Assembly (NCBI GenBank): GCA_012514745.1 | Contig: JAAYZR010000025.1 | Span: forward strand, 18,930 to 82,929 | Reading direction: 5' to 3' | Origin: Candidatus Undivivens industriae | GTDB lineage: Bacteria > Omnitrophota > Gorgyraeia > Gygaellales > Profunditerraquicolaceae | Length of the DNA: 64,000 nucleotides | Part shown: positions 8,076 to 18,020 of the stretch, piece by piece | Layout of the letters: each line of letters opens with the position of its first letter | Numbering within the stretch: the first letter of the stretch is position 1 | Notes under the pieces: generated by a model | Database searches by the model: none | What the model was told of the DNA's origin: nothing | The model's input: the letters and a program-made list of their open reading frames with translations, nothing else | Position numbers and translations under genes: made by a program

Positions 8076-10944
8076 ACACGCACATCGCCCCGAACGGGCA
8101 ATAAGAACACGCCTGGGGGTCGCTTTTATCCGGGCTGAAAGGCACTTCCGGAGCCAGTATCCCGCGAGTAAAAAGAGATCCCAACGCCGACAAATAGTCC
8201 TTCATCGCTTCTTCCCGCGCCTGCGCCTGCAGATCGTCTCCGAAAAGCTTCATCAGCGCGGCCGAGCGGTCAGCGTCCCTGAGACTGTAAAGGGCGGCGT
8301 TAACCAGCCGAAATTCGGGGTAATCGCGGGAGGCGAAATAAACGTATACCGGAAGTTGGAAAGATCCGATCTCCTTCTTTATCTCTTCCCTCCCCGGAAA
8401 AGCGCCCGAGAAACGGAATTTGCCGCCCGGGACCTCCGCTCCTCCTGTTTTATAGTCCAGAACCATCAGCGATCCGTCTTCCAGGCCGTCTATCCTGTCA
8501 ACCCTGGCTTTGAACGACACATCCACGCCGGCTAAAGGAATGCTTCCGCGGAAATCCTTCTCCAAAGCCAGAAGAGAAGCCACCGGGCGCGCCCCTTCCG
8601 CAAGAAGGAACTTCTCAAGACGGTGACGCATTATCTCCTTGACCATAAAGGCGTCTGATTTCATACGCTTGCCGAGTTCGGAATCAAACTTTTTCTCGAA
8701 AATCCCGAAAAAGAAATCCCTGAACCTGCCGTCTATTAACGGCTTTCTGCCCAGGAAACCGCCGAACGTTTGTTCCAGCAAAGAGTGCAGGAACGTGCCT
8801 ATGTCGGCGCCGTCCGGGTCCTGCAAAGAGTCCTCTTTTTCCTTCAATCCCAGGACATAACGGTAATAGAATTTCAACGGGCAGGACAGGTAGGCGTTCA
8901 CCGATGAAGCCGAATAAGTCATGCCGTGAAGATGTTCGAGCACACGTTTGTTTTTCTCGATAACAACTCCCCGGGGGTTAAAACCGACATTGAATCCGGC
9001 CCTGGATACGGCCGGCTGCTGCCGGTAGCCGGAAAGTTTCTGCCGTTCCCAGACAAGCTCCTCTATAAAACGGCTTCTTTCATTCTCCGGGCATTCGCGG
9101 TAAACCAGGTTGACTTTCTCGGCGCCGGCGATGAGCCTGCGGAAGAGATACCGCTGTATCTCTTCTTCTTTCTCCAGCCGGTTGATGCCCAGGCTGATCA
9201 ATATCTCTCTGGGTATCAAAGGCTCGTAAAGGCGCAATCTTGGCAGATAGCGTTCGTTGGCCTCCATGACGATTATCTCGCGGAACTTAAGGCATCTCGT
9301 CTCCAGTAGTCCCAGTATCTGCAGCCCTTTCAAAGGCGATCCGCTGAAAGCGACGGACGCCTTTTCCAGTCTTTCCAGGAAAAGCGTGAACAGGTCCTGC
9401 CTGGAGAAGTCTTCCCCGGCAAAAGGCGCGGAAGCGAACTCCCCCGCTATGCGCAGCAATCTCTCGATCGCCGCCGAGTTCAAAGGATACGTCTCGAACA
9501 TGCCTCGCTGCACCAATGCTCCGGCAGCCTCTTCCAGAAGCAGCGAGAACGCCTTGATACTCTCCACCTTTTCCCATTTTCTGAAAAAAAGCCCGTGCAC
9601 CGCCGATAAGATTTGCGCAAGTCCGTCCCTGTCCGCCGCCTCTTCCGATTCCGCCGCGAGATCGTAGATCAAAGCGGTTTTCTCTATTTCATCGAGAGAA
9701 ACAAACAGTCTGCCTCCCAGATCGGAATCCAGCCTGCCGCGCAGGACTTCTTCCGTTTTATGCATCAATATTCTGGTCACCGAAGGCGCGTAAGAAAACC
9801 TGAGATTCTTCACCAGAGGATGCAATATCACCCGCAGGTAATCGGAGGCGTAATATCTGCCCGAAGCGTCCCTGCTTTCCTGCGCCTCGCAGACCGCCCG
9901 GAACAAAGAATAGACCGGGCTCCTTTTTAAAGGATACCCCATGGAAACGTTGAAATCATCCATCAGGCTTGAGACCTCGGACAACAACGGGACCAGTCCC
10001 TCCGGTTCAGGCAATACCACCGCCGTGCCGGAGAAACCGCCGTCCTTCTTCCCGGCAAGCAGACCGCGGACCACCCCGACTTGAGAATGCAGGTCGAATC
10101 CGGCATAAAGCGATATCTCGGGCGCCCTGACCGGGTCCGCGCGGCCTTCGCTCCGCGAATGGCCGAAAAACGACATGGTTTTGCTCAATACCGGCCACTC
10201 CCGCGGATCACCCTGGAATACCGGGACCGCCTGCCCGCGGGAATAAAGACTACCGATGATATTCTCCTCGCAGGAATGCAGATAGAACAACCCGCAGAAA
10301 TATATCCTCTCGAAACCGGGGACGGGCGCGCGGGCGGCGCACTCGGCCGCCCGCAGGTAGAGCATTCCGCGCGAATAACGCCTATTATCGGACTGATAGG
10401 CGTGATACTCTTTTCTTATTGAATTCACGCTTTTCAACAGCTTGTTGACGTGTTCCGGCACGTCGTAACCGATCTCGGCTTTAAGCTTCAGATCCTCCAG
10501 CACCGGTTCCTTTATTCCTTCCAAATCGAGCTGCTCTATCATATCCAGTATCTCCCCGGCCCAGGGATAAAAACGGGAAAAACTCTGCGCTCCGCCGAGG
10601 ATAGAAGGCGAGATACCTTTAGCCAGCGAATACACCAGATGCGCGGCTTCCAGCTCCGGCATGCGGGTAAACTGTTCGTTCTTCGAAACGATATGCGAAA
10701 TGAATTCGTCCATGGAAAAAAACGACGGCGGGTAAAAACTCCCGCCCAGACGGCGCGCCAGTTCCTTTTTCAAGAAAAGAGCCGGGCGTCTGCCCCCGAA
10801 GACCAGGGCGGCGCCGCCGAGCCCCGGGAAGGAACCGGCGGGAAATTCCCGCAGTAATTCATCCGCCAGGAAACTTATCATATCGTCTTCCATCCGCAGC
10901 AAGATCGTCTTATCCGCCACCGACCGCCTCCGTCTCCAGCTCAT
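8074..10944 (-). CDS. addB: AddB-like helicase-nuclease subunit (PD-(D/E)xK nuclease with C-terminal Fe-S cysteines)
   Basis: 956 aa with a C-terminal nuclease region ending CSYCPFGAMCV. Sits directly downstream of the UvrD-family AddA-like gene. The start is ambiguous between M1 (10944) and M18 (10893). Confidence 0.65.
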   Translation of the reverse strand: MSWRRRRSVADKTILLRMEDDMISFLADELLREFPAGSFPGLGGAALVFGGRRPALFLKKELARRLGGSFYPPSFFSMDEFISHIVSKNEQFTRMPELEAAHLVYSLAKGISPSILGGAQSFSRFYPWAGEILDMIEQLDLEGIKEPVLEDLKLKAEIGYDVPEHVNKLLKSVNSIRKEYHAYQSDNRRYSRGMLYLRAAECAARAPVPGFERIYFCGLFYLHSCEENIIGSLYSRGQAVPVFQGDPREWPVLSKTMSFFGHSRSEGRADPVRAPEISLYAGFDLHSQVGVVRGLLAGKKDGGFSGTAVVLPEPEGLVPLLSEVSSLMDDFNVSMGYPLKRSPVYSLFRAVCEAQESRDASGRYYASDYLRVILHPLVKNLRFSYAPSVTRILMHKTEEVLRGRLDSDLGGRLFVSLDEIEKTALIYDLAAESEEAADRDGLAQILSAVHGLFFRKWEKVESIKAFSLLLEEAAGALVQRGMFETYPLNSAAIERLLRIAGEFASAPFAGEDFSRQDLFTLFLERLEKASVAFSGSPLKGLQILGLLETRCLKFREIIVMEANERYLPRLRLYEPLIPREILISLGINRLEKEEEIQRYLFRRLIAGAEKVNLVYRECPENERSRFIEELVWERQKLSGYRQQPAVSRAGFNVGFNPRGVVIEKNKRVLEHLHGMTYSASSVNAYLSCPLKFYYRYVLGLKEKEDSLQDPDGADIGTFLHSLLEQTFGGFLGRKPLIDGRFRDFFFGIFEKKFDSELGKRMKSDAFMVKEIMRHRLEKFLLAEGARPVASLLALEKDFRGSIPLAGVDVSFKARVDRIDGLEDGSLMVLDYKTGGAEVPGGKFRFSGAFPGREEIKKEIGSFQLPVYVYFASRDYPEFRLVNAALYSLRDADRSAALMKLFGDDLQAQAREEAMKDYLSALGSLFTRGILAPEVPFSPDKSDPQACSYCPFGAMCV

Positions 10945-13900
10945 CCATATAAACTATCACTCCCGATACCTTCCTGCCGGGGTATATACCGGACACGGCT
11001 CCGATATACTCCTTTATCTGATCCAGATACCTTTCCCGTCCGGCACGCGAACTCTTGTAATCCACCACGACGATATTATCCTTTTCTTCTATAAGCCTGT
11101 CTATCCTCAGGCTGCGCCCGGAGGCGAGGACGATTTCTTTCTCGCAGTAAACTCTTCTGCCTCCGGACGTCCCTTCGAATATCCACGCCGCAGCATCGCT
11201 TTGCAACAAAGCCAGCGCCTTTTTTCGAGCGTTCCCCACTCTCTTTTCCTCTTCCGCCAGGAACGCGCAGGCCGCGTCCAGTTCTTCTTCGGAAGAAAGA
11301 CGCCCGTCGGACGAGCCTACTGCCGACAATAGATAATGGAGCGTTTCCCCTTCCGCTATCGCCTCCCTGTTCTTCAATTCCTCTCCGGAAAGGAATTCCT
11401 CCCGCAGTAACTCCATCCAGCTGCCGTAACGGGGGGGCGGAAGCGGAAGATGCCCTCCGGGTAAGACCCTGTTAACACGGTATTTCACCGGGGCCCCGGC
11501 GGCGTATCCGCCCGGAGGAAACAATGCCGCCGCCGGATTGGCCTTACCGGTAACCGGAATTATTACGTGCAGTTCGCAGACCGCCCTGGTGCAGGCGACG
11601 TAAGCGGCGCAGAGCTCGTCTCCCACCGCCCCGTAATATTCCCTTAAGTGGAGGCTTTTAAGAACGGGAGAGAAATCGAAGGCTTCCCGGGAAGCCAGAT
11701 GCACGAGGTGAGCGGAATCCTTACCGGCTTCGAATATGAACGACTCCGTCCCTTCGATTCCGCGGGATCCCGTCTTAAACCTGAATTCCATGAAAGGGAC
11801 TATCACCAGGGGGAACTCCAGTCCCTTCGCTTTATGTATCGTAAGCACCTTCACCGAACCGCTGGAAGGGACGCGCAGGTTAAGCCTGTCCGCGGGGAGC
11901 AAAGCGAACCATTCCAGGAATATCCCGGCGGACCCGCGGCATTCAGGTTCGCTTTCTTTTATCAGTTCCAGAAGTCCGCAGATAAAACCGCTCTCTTCGG
12001 AAAAATTGGCGGAGAGCGAAAAACGGGAAACGATATCCACGGCCATCTCGTAAAGCGGCATCAATCCGGCATTCTTGAAGAAAGGCTCAAACAATTCCTT
12101 CCAGGCCCGCGGGAATTCCTTCTGAAATTCGCGGTAATAATACAGCCCCCCTGCGGAACGATCGCGCGCCCCGGCAAGACGGAAAAAGAAATCGTGGAGA
12201 GAACCAGCCGGGATGCCTGAAGCCGCCGGGAATATCCTGCCGAGGATAAAAGATGCGAAAGAAAGATTGTCGAGCGGCGAGTCGAGGAACGCCAACAGCG
12301 AAACGATCTCCCTGACCAGGCCGTTATCGCGGATATTCATGGTCTTTTCCGACTCAACCGATATTCCCCTTTCCAGCAGGCTTGCGGTGATCCGTCCGGC
12401 TTCGCTGTTGGAACGGCAGAGCACCGCCATATCTTCGAAACCGAATCTTCCTGATTCGCGCGCTTCCCCGATTATCTCCGCAGTCCTGACGCATATATTC
12501 TCCCGGCAGGCGTCCTTATCATCTCCGCATTCCTCGCGGATAGAGACATATCCCGGGGGTATTTCCGGTCCGGCCGAAGCCTGCTGGCCGGCGTTGGCGA
12601 ATATGTCCAACACCGTTTCCGCCTGCGGAGATCCCCCCGTCTCCTGCGGAGAAAGCGCGGACAAGAATTTCCCGAGATTCTCTCGTGAAAAGACTTGATT
12701 ATTGAATTCCACTATGACGCGGCCGCTGCGGTAGTTGCGGTTAAGTACATCGGGGGATACATTGAAACGGGATAATGAAAGAGGAACAGCCTGCATCAAC
12801 GAGGTGTCGCCGCCCCGGAAACGGTATATTCCCTGCTTCCTGTCCCCGACCAGAAAAAGAGAACCTCCATTGGCCAACGCCTCCTCCGCCATAGGCAGCA
12901 GATTCTGCCACTGGATGACGCTGGTATCCTGGAATTCGTCTATAAGAAAATGCCGGTAGCGGGTGGCAAGTCTGTAATACAATTCCGGGACGTCTACGTT
13001 CCCTTCTTCCCATAACAGATGAAGCCGGCTGTTCAGTTCATGAAGGAACAGGACGTTCTCCTTCCTGGACAAAGACGACAGATTCTTTCTTACGCCTTCG
13101 AAAATATCCACGTAACAATTGAACCGCGAATAAGCGGACCACTCGCAATACTCCGATATCTCCTTCTTTATCCTGCCCCAGAGCGCCTCGGCCTCCGCCG
13201 GGGCGCGTTCTCCCTTTCGCATCTTTAATTCTTCCTTGGAAAAAGGCTTCCAGAATCTCTCCATCTTCGACTGTTCCGCCTCGGGGGTCAATTTTTCCAT
13301 GAAGGTCCGCCAGGTGGACATATTGATCCCTTCGGAAAGCAGCGGCTTCAATTCCAGCATCAGGGAAAAGATATCGCCGCGTTTCTTGATCAGCTCCGCC
13401 GGTTCCACGGGATATTTAGCCAGCGGAAGGCCGTAGGAATTGCTCTTTTCGAATAATCCCGATATTATCGAGATTATGTCTTTTCTGGGAATCCAACTTT
13501 TACGGTTTTCGAGATAAATATACTGCTTCAGGAAACGAAGAAGAACCTCGCGTTCCCTGCCCGGGACTCCGGCGTCGTCCACCATCCTGTCGAAACCGTA
13601 GGCGATATACCGCCTAAAGTCGTCTTTTATGCGGAAAGAAGGGGAAATATCCAGGCGAAAGGCGCAGCCCGAAAGCACCGCGTTTATAAAACTGTCTATC
13701 GTCTGTATCTGGAGGAAATTGTACCCGGCCAGGATGCCGTCTAAGGCCGAGAAAGCGGCGACGCGCACGTCCCCGGAAGCCTGGAGATAATCGTAAAGAG
13801 ACTTTTTGCTCTTTTCGTCGCGGAAAGAGTCGAGCGCGATCCTTTTCAGCAGATCAAGGATACGGCTCTTCATCTCGACAGCCGCTTTATTGGAGAACGT

Positions 13901-14038
13901 GATCGCCAGGATACTGCGCGGCGCGACGCCGGAAAGAAGAAGCTTGACGTATCTGCCTGCCAGGGCGTAAGTCTTGCCTGAACCGGCCGAGGCTTCCACC
14001 ACGCGCACTTCGGAAGTCTTGAATCCTCGATTTTCCAT
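10910..14038 (-). CDS. addA: AddA/UvrD-family ATP-dependent helicase-nuclease subunit
   Basis: Walker A ASAGSGKTY and UvrD helicase motifs throughout. The start is set at MENRGFKT (14038) rather than the Arg-rich upstream extension. Confidence 0.75.
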   Translation of the reverse strand: MENRGFKTSEVRVVEASAGSGKTYALAGRYVKLLLSGVAPRSILAITFSNKAAVEMKSRILDLLKRIALDSFRDEKSKKSLYDYLQASGDVRVAAFSALDGILAGYNFLQIQTIDSFINAVLSGCAFRLDISPSFRIKDDFRRYIAYGFDRMVDDAGVPGREREVLLRFLKQYIYLENRKSWIPRKDIISIISGLFEKSNSYGLPLAKYPVEPAELIKKRGDIFSLMLELKPLLSEGINMSTWRTFMEKLTPEAEQSKMERFWKPFSKEELKMRKGERAPAEAEALWGRIKKEISEYCEWSAYSRFNCYVDIFEGVRKNLSSLSRKENVLFLHELNSRLHLLWEEGNVDVPELYYRLATRYRHFLIDEFQDTSVIQWQNLLPMAEEALANGGSLFLVGDRKQGIYRFRGGDTSLMQAVPLSLSRFNVSPDVLNRNYRSGRVIVEFNNQVFSRENLGKFLSALSPQETGGSPQAETVLDIFANAGQQASAGPEIPPGYVSIREECGDDKDACRENICVRTAEIIGEARESGRFGFEDMAVLCRSNSEAGRITASLLERGISVESEKTMNIRDNGLVREIVSLLAFLDSPLDNLSFASFILGRIFPAASGIPAGSLHDFFFRLAGARDRSAGGLYYYREFQKEFPRAWKELFEPFFKNAGLMPLYEMAVDIVSRFSLSANFSEESGFICGLLELIKESEPECRGSAGIFLEWFALLPADRLNLRVPSSGSVKVLTIHKAKGLEFPLVIVPFMEFRFKTGSRGIEGTESFIFEAGKDSAHLVHLASREAFDFSPVLKSLHLREYYGAVGDELCAAYVACTRAVCELHVIIPVTGKANPAAALFPPGGYAAGAPVKYRVNRVLPGGHLPLPPPRYGSWMELLREEFLSGEELKNREAIAEGETLHYLLSAVGSSDGRLSSEEELDAACAFLAEEEKRVGNARKKALALLQSDAAAWIFEGTSGGRRVYCEKEIVLASGRSLRIDRLIEEKDNIVVVDYKSSRAGRERYLDQIKEYIGAVSGIYPGRKVSGVIVYMDELETEAVGGG

Positions 14039-14290
14039 AAAACCTGTCCGTGTCCCGGGAACCCGCTGCTGCCTCCGGGTAGGCCCCGGAGCGCGCAATA
14101 AAGCTCCCCGGTTTAATCCCCTGGTAGTGGAACCTGAGATAGACCCGACTCTTATCCCTTTAGCCGTGTTTTGGCCAAGGGCCGCGGACTGTTTCGATTA
14201 CGATATCCCCGGCTTGCGCGCCGGCGGCAAAGTATATGACCGGCTGTGGCATTATCCTGAACATCCCGCTTCCAGGCGGCCCGCTCAAAA

Positions 14291-14677
14291 TCATTTCTTT
14301 TTTTCCTGTTTCTTGATCTTCTCCCAGTTGCTGAGGATCTGCCTCGTCGAAGAGACCTTCTCGTTCCCGAAGACGTGCGGATGCCTTCTTTTCAATTTGT
14401 TTATAAGCCCGCCTATGACATCCTCTATATCGAAAAGCCCGTTCTTCCCCGCTATCTGAGAATAAAACATCACGTGAAGAAGCACGTCTCCGAGTTCCTC
14501 TTTGATATGCTCTTTCTTTCCGCCGCGCACCGCCTTTATCAACTCCCCGGATTCTTCCTTGAAATGCGAAATAAGCGTGGCGAAAGTCTGCTTTTTATCC
14601 CACAGGCATCCCCGAGGGCCGTGCAGTATGTCGAATATTTCCTTAAGCTCTATGAATGCCGTCTTTCTATTTTTCAT
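14291..14677 (-). CDS. mazG: MazG-family nucleotide pyrophosphohydrolase
   Basis: 128 aa with EExGELxxA and EELGDVLLHV MazG motifs. Confidence 0.75.
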   Translation of the reverse strand: MKNRKTAFIELKEIFDILHGPRGCLWDKKQTFATLISHFKEESGELIKAVRGGKKEHIKEELGDVLLHVMFYSQIAGKNGLFDIEDVIGGLINKLKRRHPHVFGNEKVSSTRQILSNWEKIKKQEKKK

Positions 14678-14779
14678 ATTTTGATCCCCTCGCCCAGGAA
14701 TCCCCGGGTTTTAACTTTGGCCAATGGGAGAAACACCTTGCCTTGTGTCGAAAATCGAGATTCGATCAGAATGTAATAG

Positions 14780-14846
14780 TTTCTGAAATAAAGAATCCGG
14801 CTGCGGGGGGATGATAAGCAGAGTGTCCGCCGCCGCAGCCGGAATC
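14780..14846 (-). terminator. Rho-independent terminator-like hairpin
   Basis: 14-bp stem GAUUCCGGCUGCGG/CCGCAGCCGGAUUC followed by UUUAUUUC on the minus strand. Sits 8 nt after the stop of the lysine-rich reading frame at 14855. Confidence 0.45.
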
Positions 14847-14854
14847 AGAAACAA

Positions 14855-14960
14855 TTTATTTCTTTTTCTTCTTGGCCGCTTTCTTCACTGGTCTCTTCGC
14901 GGCTTTCTTAACCGCCTTCTTAGCCGGCTTTTTCTTTTTGGTGCAGCAGCATTTCGCCAT
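14855..14960 (-). CDS. Candidate small lysine-rich protein gene with an apparent frameshift
   Basis: GGAGG SD 7 nt upstream of ATG(14960). Frame 0 encodes MAKCCCTQKEKAG* (13 aa, stop at 14919). The +1 frame continues as PKKKKPAKKAVKKAAKRPVKKAAKKKKK* and ends at 14855, just before the terminator. The shift occurs in a CCCAAAAAG homopolymer tract. Confidence 0.3.
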
Positions 14961-15047
14961 GACTATACCTCCTCTCTTCTGTTGGCCCCCGGGCAGTTAA
15001 CCCGGGGACATCCGTTGTTTATCGCTCTACAACAGCTAAGGATACCG

Positions 15048-15764
15048 TCATTTACGCAAAGGATATTTCCCGCAGGTGAACTTCTCCCCTTCCGGGCAGT
15101 AACCAAGCCCTCGGCATTTTGCGCCGGCGCCGAAAAAAACCTCCGGCAGTTCGCGCCTGCACAGTTCAAGCATACGGTCGGCAAGCGCTTTTATCTCCCA
15201 CTGCGCGCGCGAACAGCAGCGGAGCTTAAAAAAATGCAGCAGCTCTCGGCAATTCATAGTCACGACTATTTTGGTTTCCGTCGCCTGGGGTAAAACGAAA
15301 CGCGCGTCTTCATTGGCTTTCTCAGCGGAAACCCCCGAAGCCCTGATGGCTTCTCTCAATCTGTTGTAACTTTGCTGTATCGCCCCCATCGCCGAAACGA
15401 ACTCTTGCTTCAACGCCCGGTCATTCTCGATCGCCGGCGGGACGACGTAATCGAACGAATCTTCCTTCACGTAACGCTGGCTCTGCTGGGAATAAGAAGC
15501 GAGCCGGTGGCGGACCAACTGGTGCGTCAACGCCCGGGAAACCCCCTCGACCGCAAAAGTGAATTTCACGTGCTCCAGCGGGCTGTCGTGCCCGGAAGCG
15601 ACTATCTTTTTGACGAACTGCGACTTCTTTCCTCCGTCGACGGTTGCACGCATGAGCGACCCGGCGAATTCCTCCGAATAACACTGCCGGCACGCCGCGT
15701 ATATCAGATCCAGGGCATTACGGGTAACCTCCAGGACTACGACGTTAAGTTTTGCCTGCGACAC
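15048..15764 (-). CDS. thyX: Flavin-dependent thymidylate synthase ThyX
   Basis: 238 aa containing the ThyX RHRxxSxxQxSQRY signature (THQLVRHRLASYSQQSQRY). Confidence 0.85.
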   Translation of the reverse strand: MSQAKLNVVVLEVTRNALDLIYAACRQCYSEEFAGSLMRATVDGGKKSQFVKKIVASGHDSPLEHVKFTFAVEGVSRALTHQLVRHRLASYSQQSQRYVKEDSFDYVVPPAIENDRALKQEFVSAMGAIQQSYNRLREAIRASGVSAEKANEDARFVLPQATETKIVVTMNCRELLHFFKLRCCSRAQWEIKALADRMLELCRRELPEVFFGAGAKCRGLGYCPEGEKFTCGKYPLRK

Positions 15765-17005
15765 TATATCTCCATACCGGCCGGGATGGCCGTGTTTTTC
15801 GGAACTATTATTATTCCGTTGCGGATCACGCAGAATTCGTTCTCGAAATCGCTCACCTGCTTATCATTTATCAATTTAACCCCGTCGCCCATCATAACGT
15901 TCTTGTCTATTATAGCCTTTTTGATTATACAGCCGCGGCCTATGGCAGGGACCGGGATATCAAGCCTCTGTTCGCCGTCACCGGTATACAGGCCGTAATA
16001 ATCATTCCCCATCAATATGGAATCCTCGATGACCGCGCCGCTGCCGATCCTGCTGCGAAGCCCGACTATGGAATGGGCTATTCTGGCGCTCTCTATCAGA
16101 GCGCCGTCGGCTATGCTGGAGCTCTCCACTGTGCTGTCCGTTATCCTGGAGCAAGGCAGGTAACGCGGCCTGGTGAAAAACGGCCATCCTTCGTTGAAAA
16201 GGTCGAGCGGCGGATCCGTGCGGGTGAACGCCAGGTTCTCTTCGTAGAAAGAATTGATCGAACCTATGTCTTTCCAGTATCCGTCGTGCAGGAAGGCGTG
16301 CACCTGTTTGGTCTGGAGCGCCGCCGGGATAATGTCCCTGCCGAAATCCACCGCCTTGCTGCCGAAGAGCAGATCGAAAAGAACGTCCTTATTGAAAAGA
16401 TATATGCCCATCGATGCCGGATACTTGCCGCCGGGGACACGCAGATGCGCGATATCGGAACCCGCGGCCGGTTTCTCTACGAACTCCCGTATACGCAGGC
16501 TGCCGTCCATACCCATTATTCCCAGTTCCGGCGTCTCCTCTTCCGGCACCGGGTTACAGACCACGGTGATCTCGCTGTTTTTCTCCATATGCCTGCGCAG
16601 CAATTCCTGGAAATTAAGCTTGTACAGCTGATCTCCGGAAAGTATCAATATATATTTTACCGACGGATCGTTGAAATGCCTGAATGACTTACGCACGGCG
16701 TCGGCCGACCCCTGGAACCAGTCGGCGTGCTCCATCGACTGTTCCGCCGCTATTATCTCCACGAAACTTTCGGAAAAGATGTCGAAACGGTAGGCCCTGG
16801 TTATGTGCTTATTAAGAGATTCGGAATTGAACTGGGTCAGTATGAATATCTTCCTGAGACCGGAATTAAGACAGTTGCTGACCGGCACGTCGATAAGCCT
16901 GTATTTACCGGCTACGGGGACTGCCGGTTTGGCGCGGTATTTGGTAAGAGGATAGAGCCTGGTCCCCCTGCCGCCTCCGAGTATCACGCAAAGCACGTCT
17001 TTCAT
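15764..17005 (-). CDS. glgC: Glucose-1-phosphate adenylyltransferase
   Basis: ILGGGRGTRLYPLTKYRAKPAVP and the GlgC nucleotidyltransferase core, plus a C-terminal left-handed beta-helix. The start is set at MKDVL (17005), not the upstream extension. Confidence 0.8.
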   Translation of the reverse strand: MKDVLCVILGGGRGTRLYPLTKYRAKPAVPVAGKYRLIDVPVSNCLNSGLRKIFILTQFNSESLNKHITRAYRFDIFSESFVEIIAAEQSMEHADWFQGSADAVRKSFRHFNDPSVKYILILSGDQLYKLNFQELLRRHMEKNSEITVVCNPVPEEETPELGIMGMDGSLRIREFVEKPAAGSDIAHLRVPGGKYPASMGIYLFNKDVLFDLLFGSKAVDFGRDIIPAALQTKQVHAFLHDGYWKDIGSINSFYEENLAFTRTDPPLDLFNEGWPFFTRPRYLPCSRITDSTVESSSIADGALIESARIAHSIVGLRSRIGSGAVIEDSILMGNDYYGLYTGDGEQRLDIPVPAIGRGCIIKKAIIDKNVMMGDGVKLINDKQVSDFENEFCVIRNGIIIVPKNTAIPAGMEI

Positions 17006-17040
17006 ACAATGACCGCCTTTATTGTGCCCGTCAACCGCCG

Positions 17041-17847
17041 TTAACTTCGTTCCCCGGCCGCCTGCTCTTCTCCCGCGGGATTCTTGGGGAATTCTCCCCG
17101 CAGTGCTTTCTCCGCAAGTTCCTTGACCGAAAGGCTGAAATCCGCCGAGACTATCCATTCCAGATATTTTCTGTCTTCCCTGGCCAGATCTTCCAGGCTG
17201 TATTTCCTCGCGTATTTGCCGAACATGATGTAAAGCTTGCCGTTCCACCATCTGAATCTGCGTTCTTCGTCGTAGAACTCCGGCTTCGGCTTATAATCGA
17301 ACTTGCCGAGCTCTTCTATACCGGAGCCCTCTCCTATATACTTTGAGGCCTGGGAAACGAGGACCTCCAGGCAAGCGCGGGTGTCGGCAAGCGCCGAATG
17401 CGCGTTTTCCAGCGTCTTGCCGCAGTAAAATCTGTAAGCCGCGGAGAGGTCCCGTTTTTCGTTAAGATGATAAATCTTCTTGGCGTCGTATATCCGTCGC
17501 CCCTGCGCAGAAAACTTGTACCCGCAGGAATTAAGCTCTTTTCCCAGCAGCGGCAGGTCAAAGGCCTCTATGTTGAACCCGGCCAGATCCGCGTCACCGA
17601 GGAAAGCGCTGACCTCGCCCGCGATCTCGCCGAAAGCCGGCGCCTCTTTAACTGCTTCGTCGTCTATACCGGTCAACTCGGTCACCGCAGGCGGAATATT
17701 CATCCCGGGATTCACCCGCTTGCTGTAAACCTGTTCTTCTCCGGAAGGAAAACTTTTTATCATGGCGATCTCGATAATTTTATCTTTTTCTATCCACGTT
17801 CCGGTGGTTTCCAGGTCGAGAGTAATAAGTTCCTTGGAGAGTTTCAT
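17041..17847 (-). CDS. DnaQ-like 3'-5' exonuclease (DEDDh)
   Basis: Exo I LITLDLETTG, Exo II-like segment and Exo III HSALADTRAC motifs. The start is set at MKLSKEL (17847). Confidence 0.65.
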   Translation of the reverse strand: MKLSKELITLDLETTGTWIEKDKIIEIAMIKSFPSGEEQVYSKRVNPGMNIPPAVTELTGIDDEAVKEAPAFGEIAGEVSAFLGDADLAGFNIEAFDLPLLGKELNSCGYKFSAQGRRIYDAKKIYHLNEKRDLSAAYRFYCGKTLENAHSALADTRACLEVLVSQASKYIGEGSGIEELGKFDYKPKPEFYDEERRFRWWNGKLYIMFGKYARKYSLEDLAREDRKYLEWIVSADFSLSVKELAEKALRGEFPKNPAGEEQAAGERS

Positions 17848-18020
17848 AAGGCCTCTTAATGGTAAACGCTTCCTTGCTTTCACAAAACGCAGCAGTAAAC
17901 TGCTCGCTGATTTCGGTTCGCAAGTCAAAAATTTCTGTGGTTTGAGCAAAAAAATAAATCTATATGATTTACTATACCATCCATCTCGATTTTAGTAAAC
18001 GCAATTTTATTTTTTTGGGG

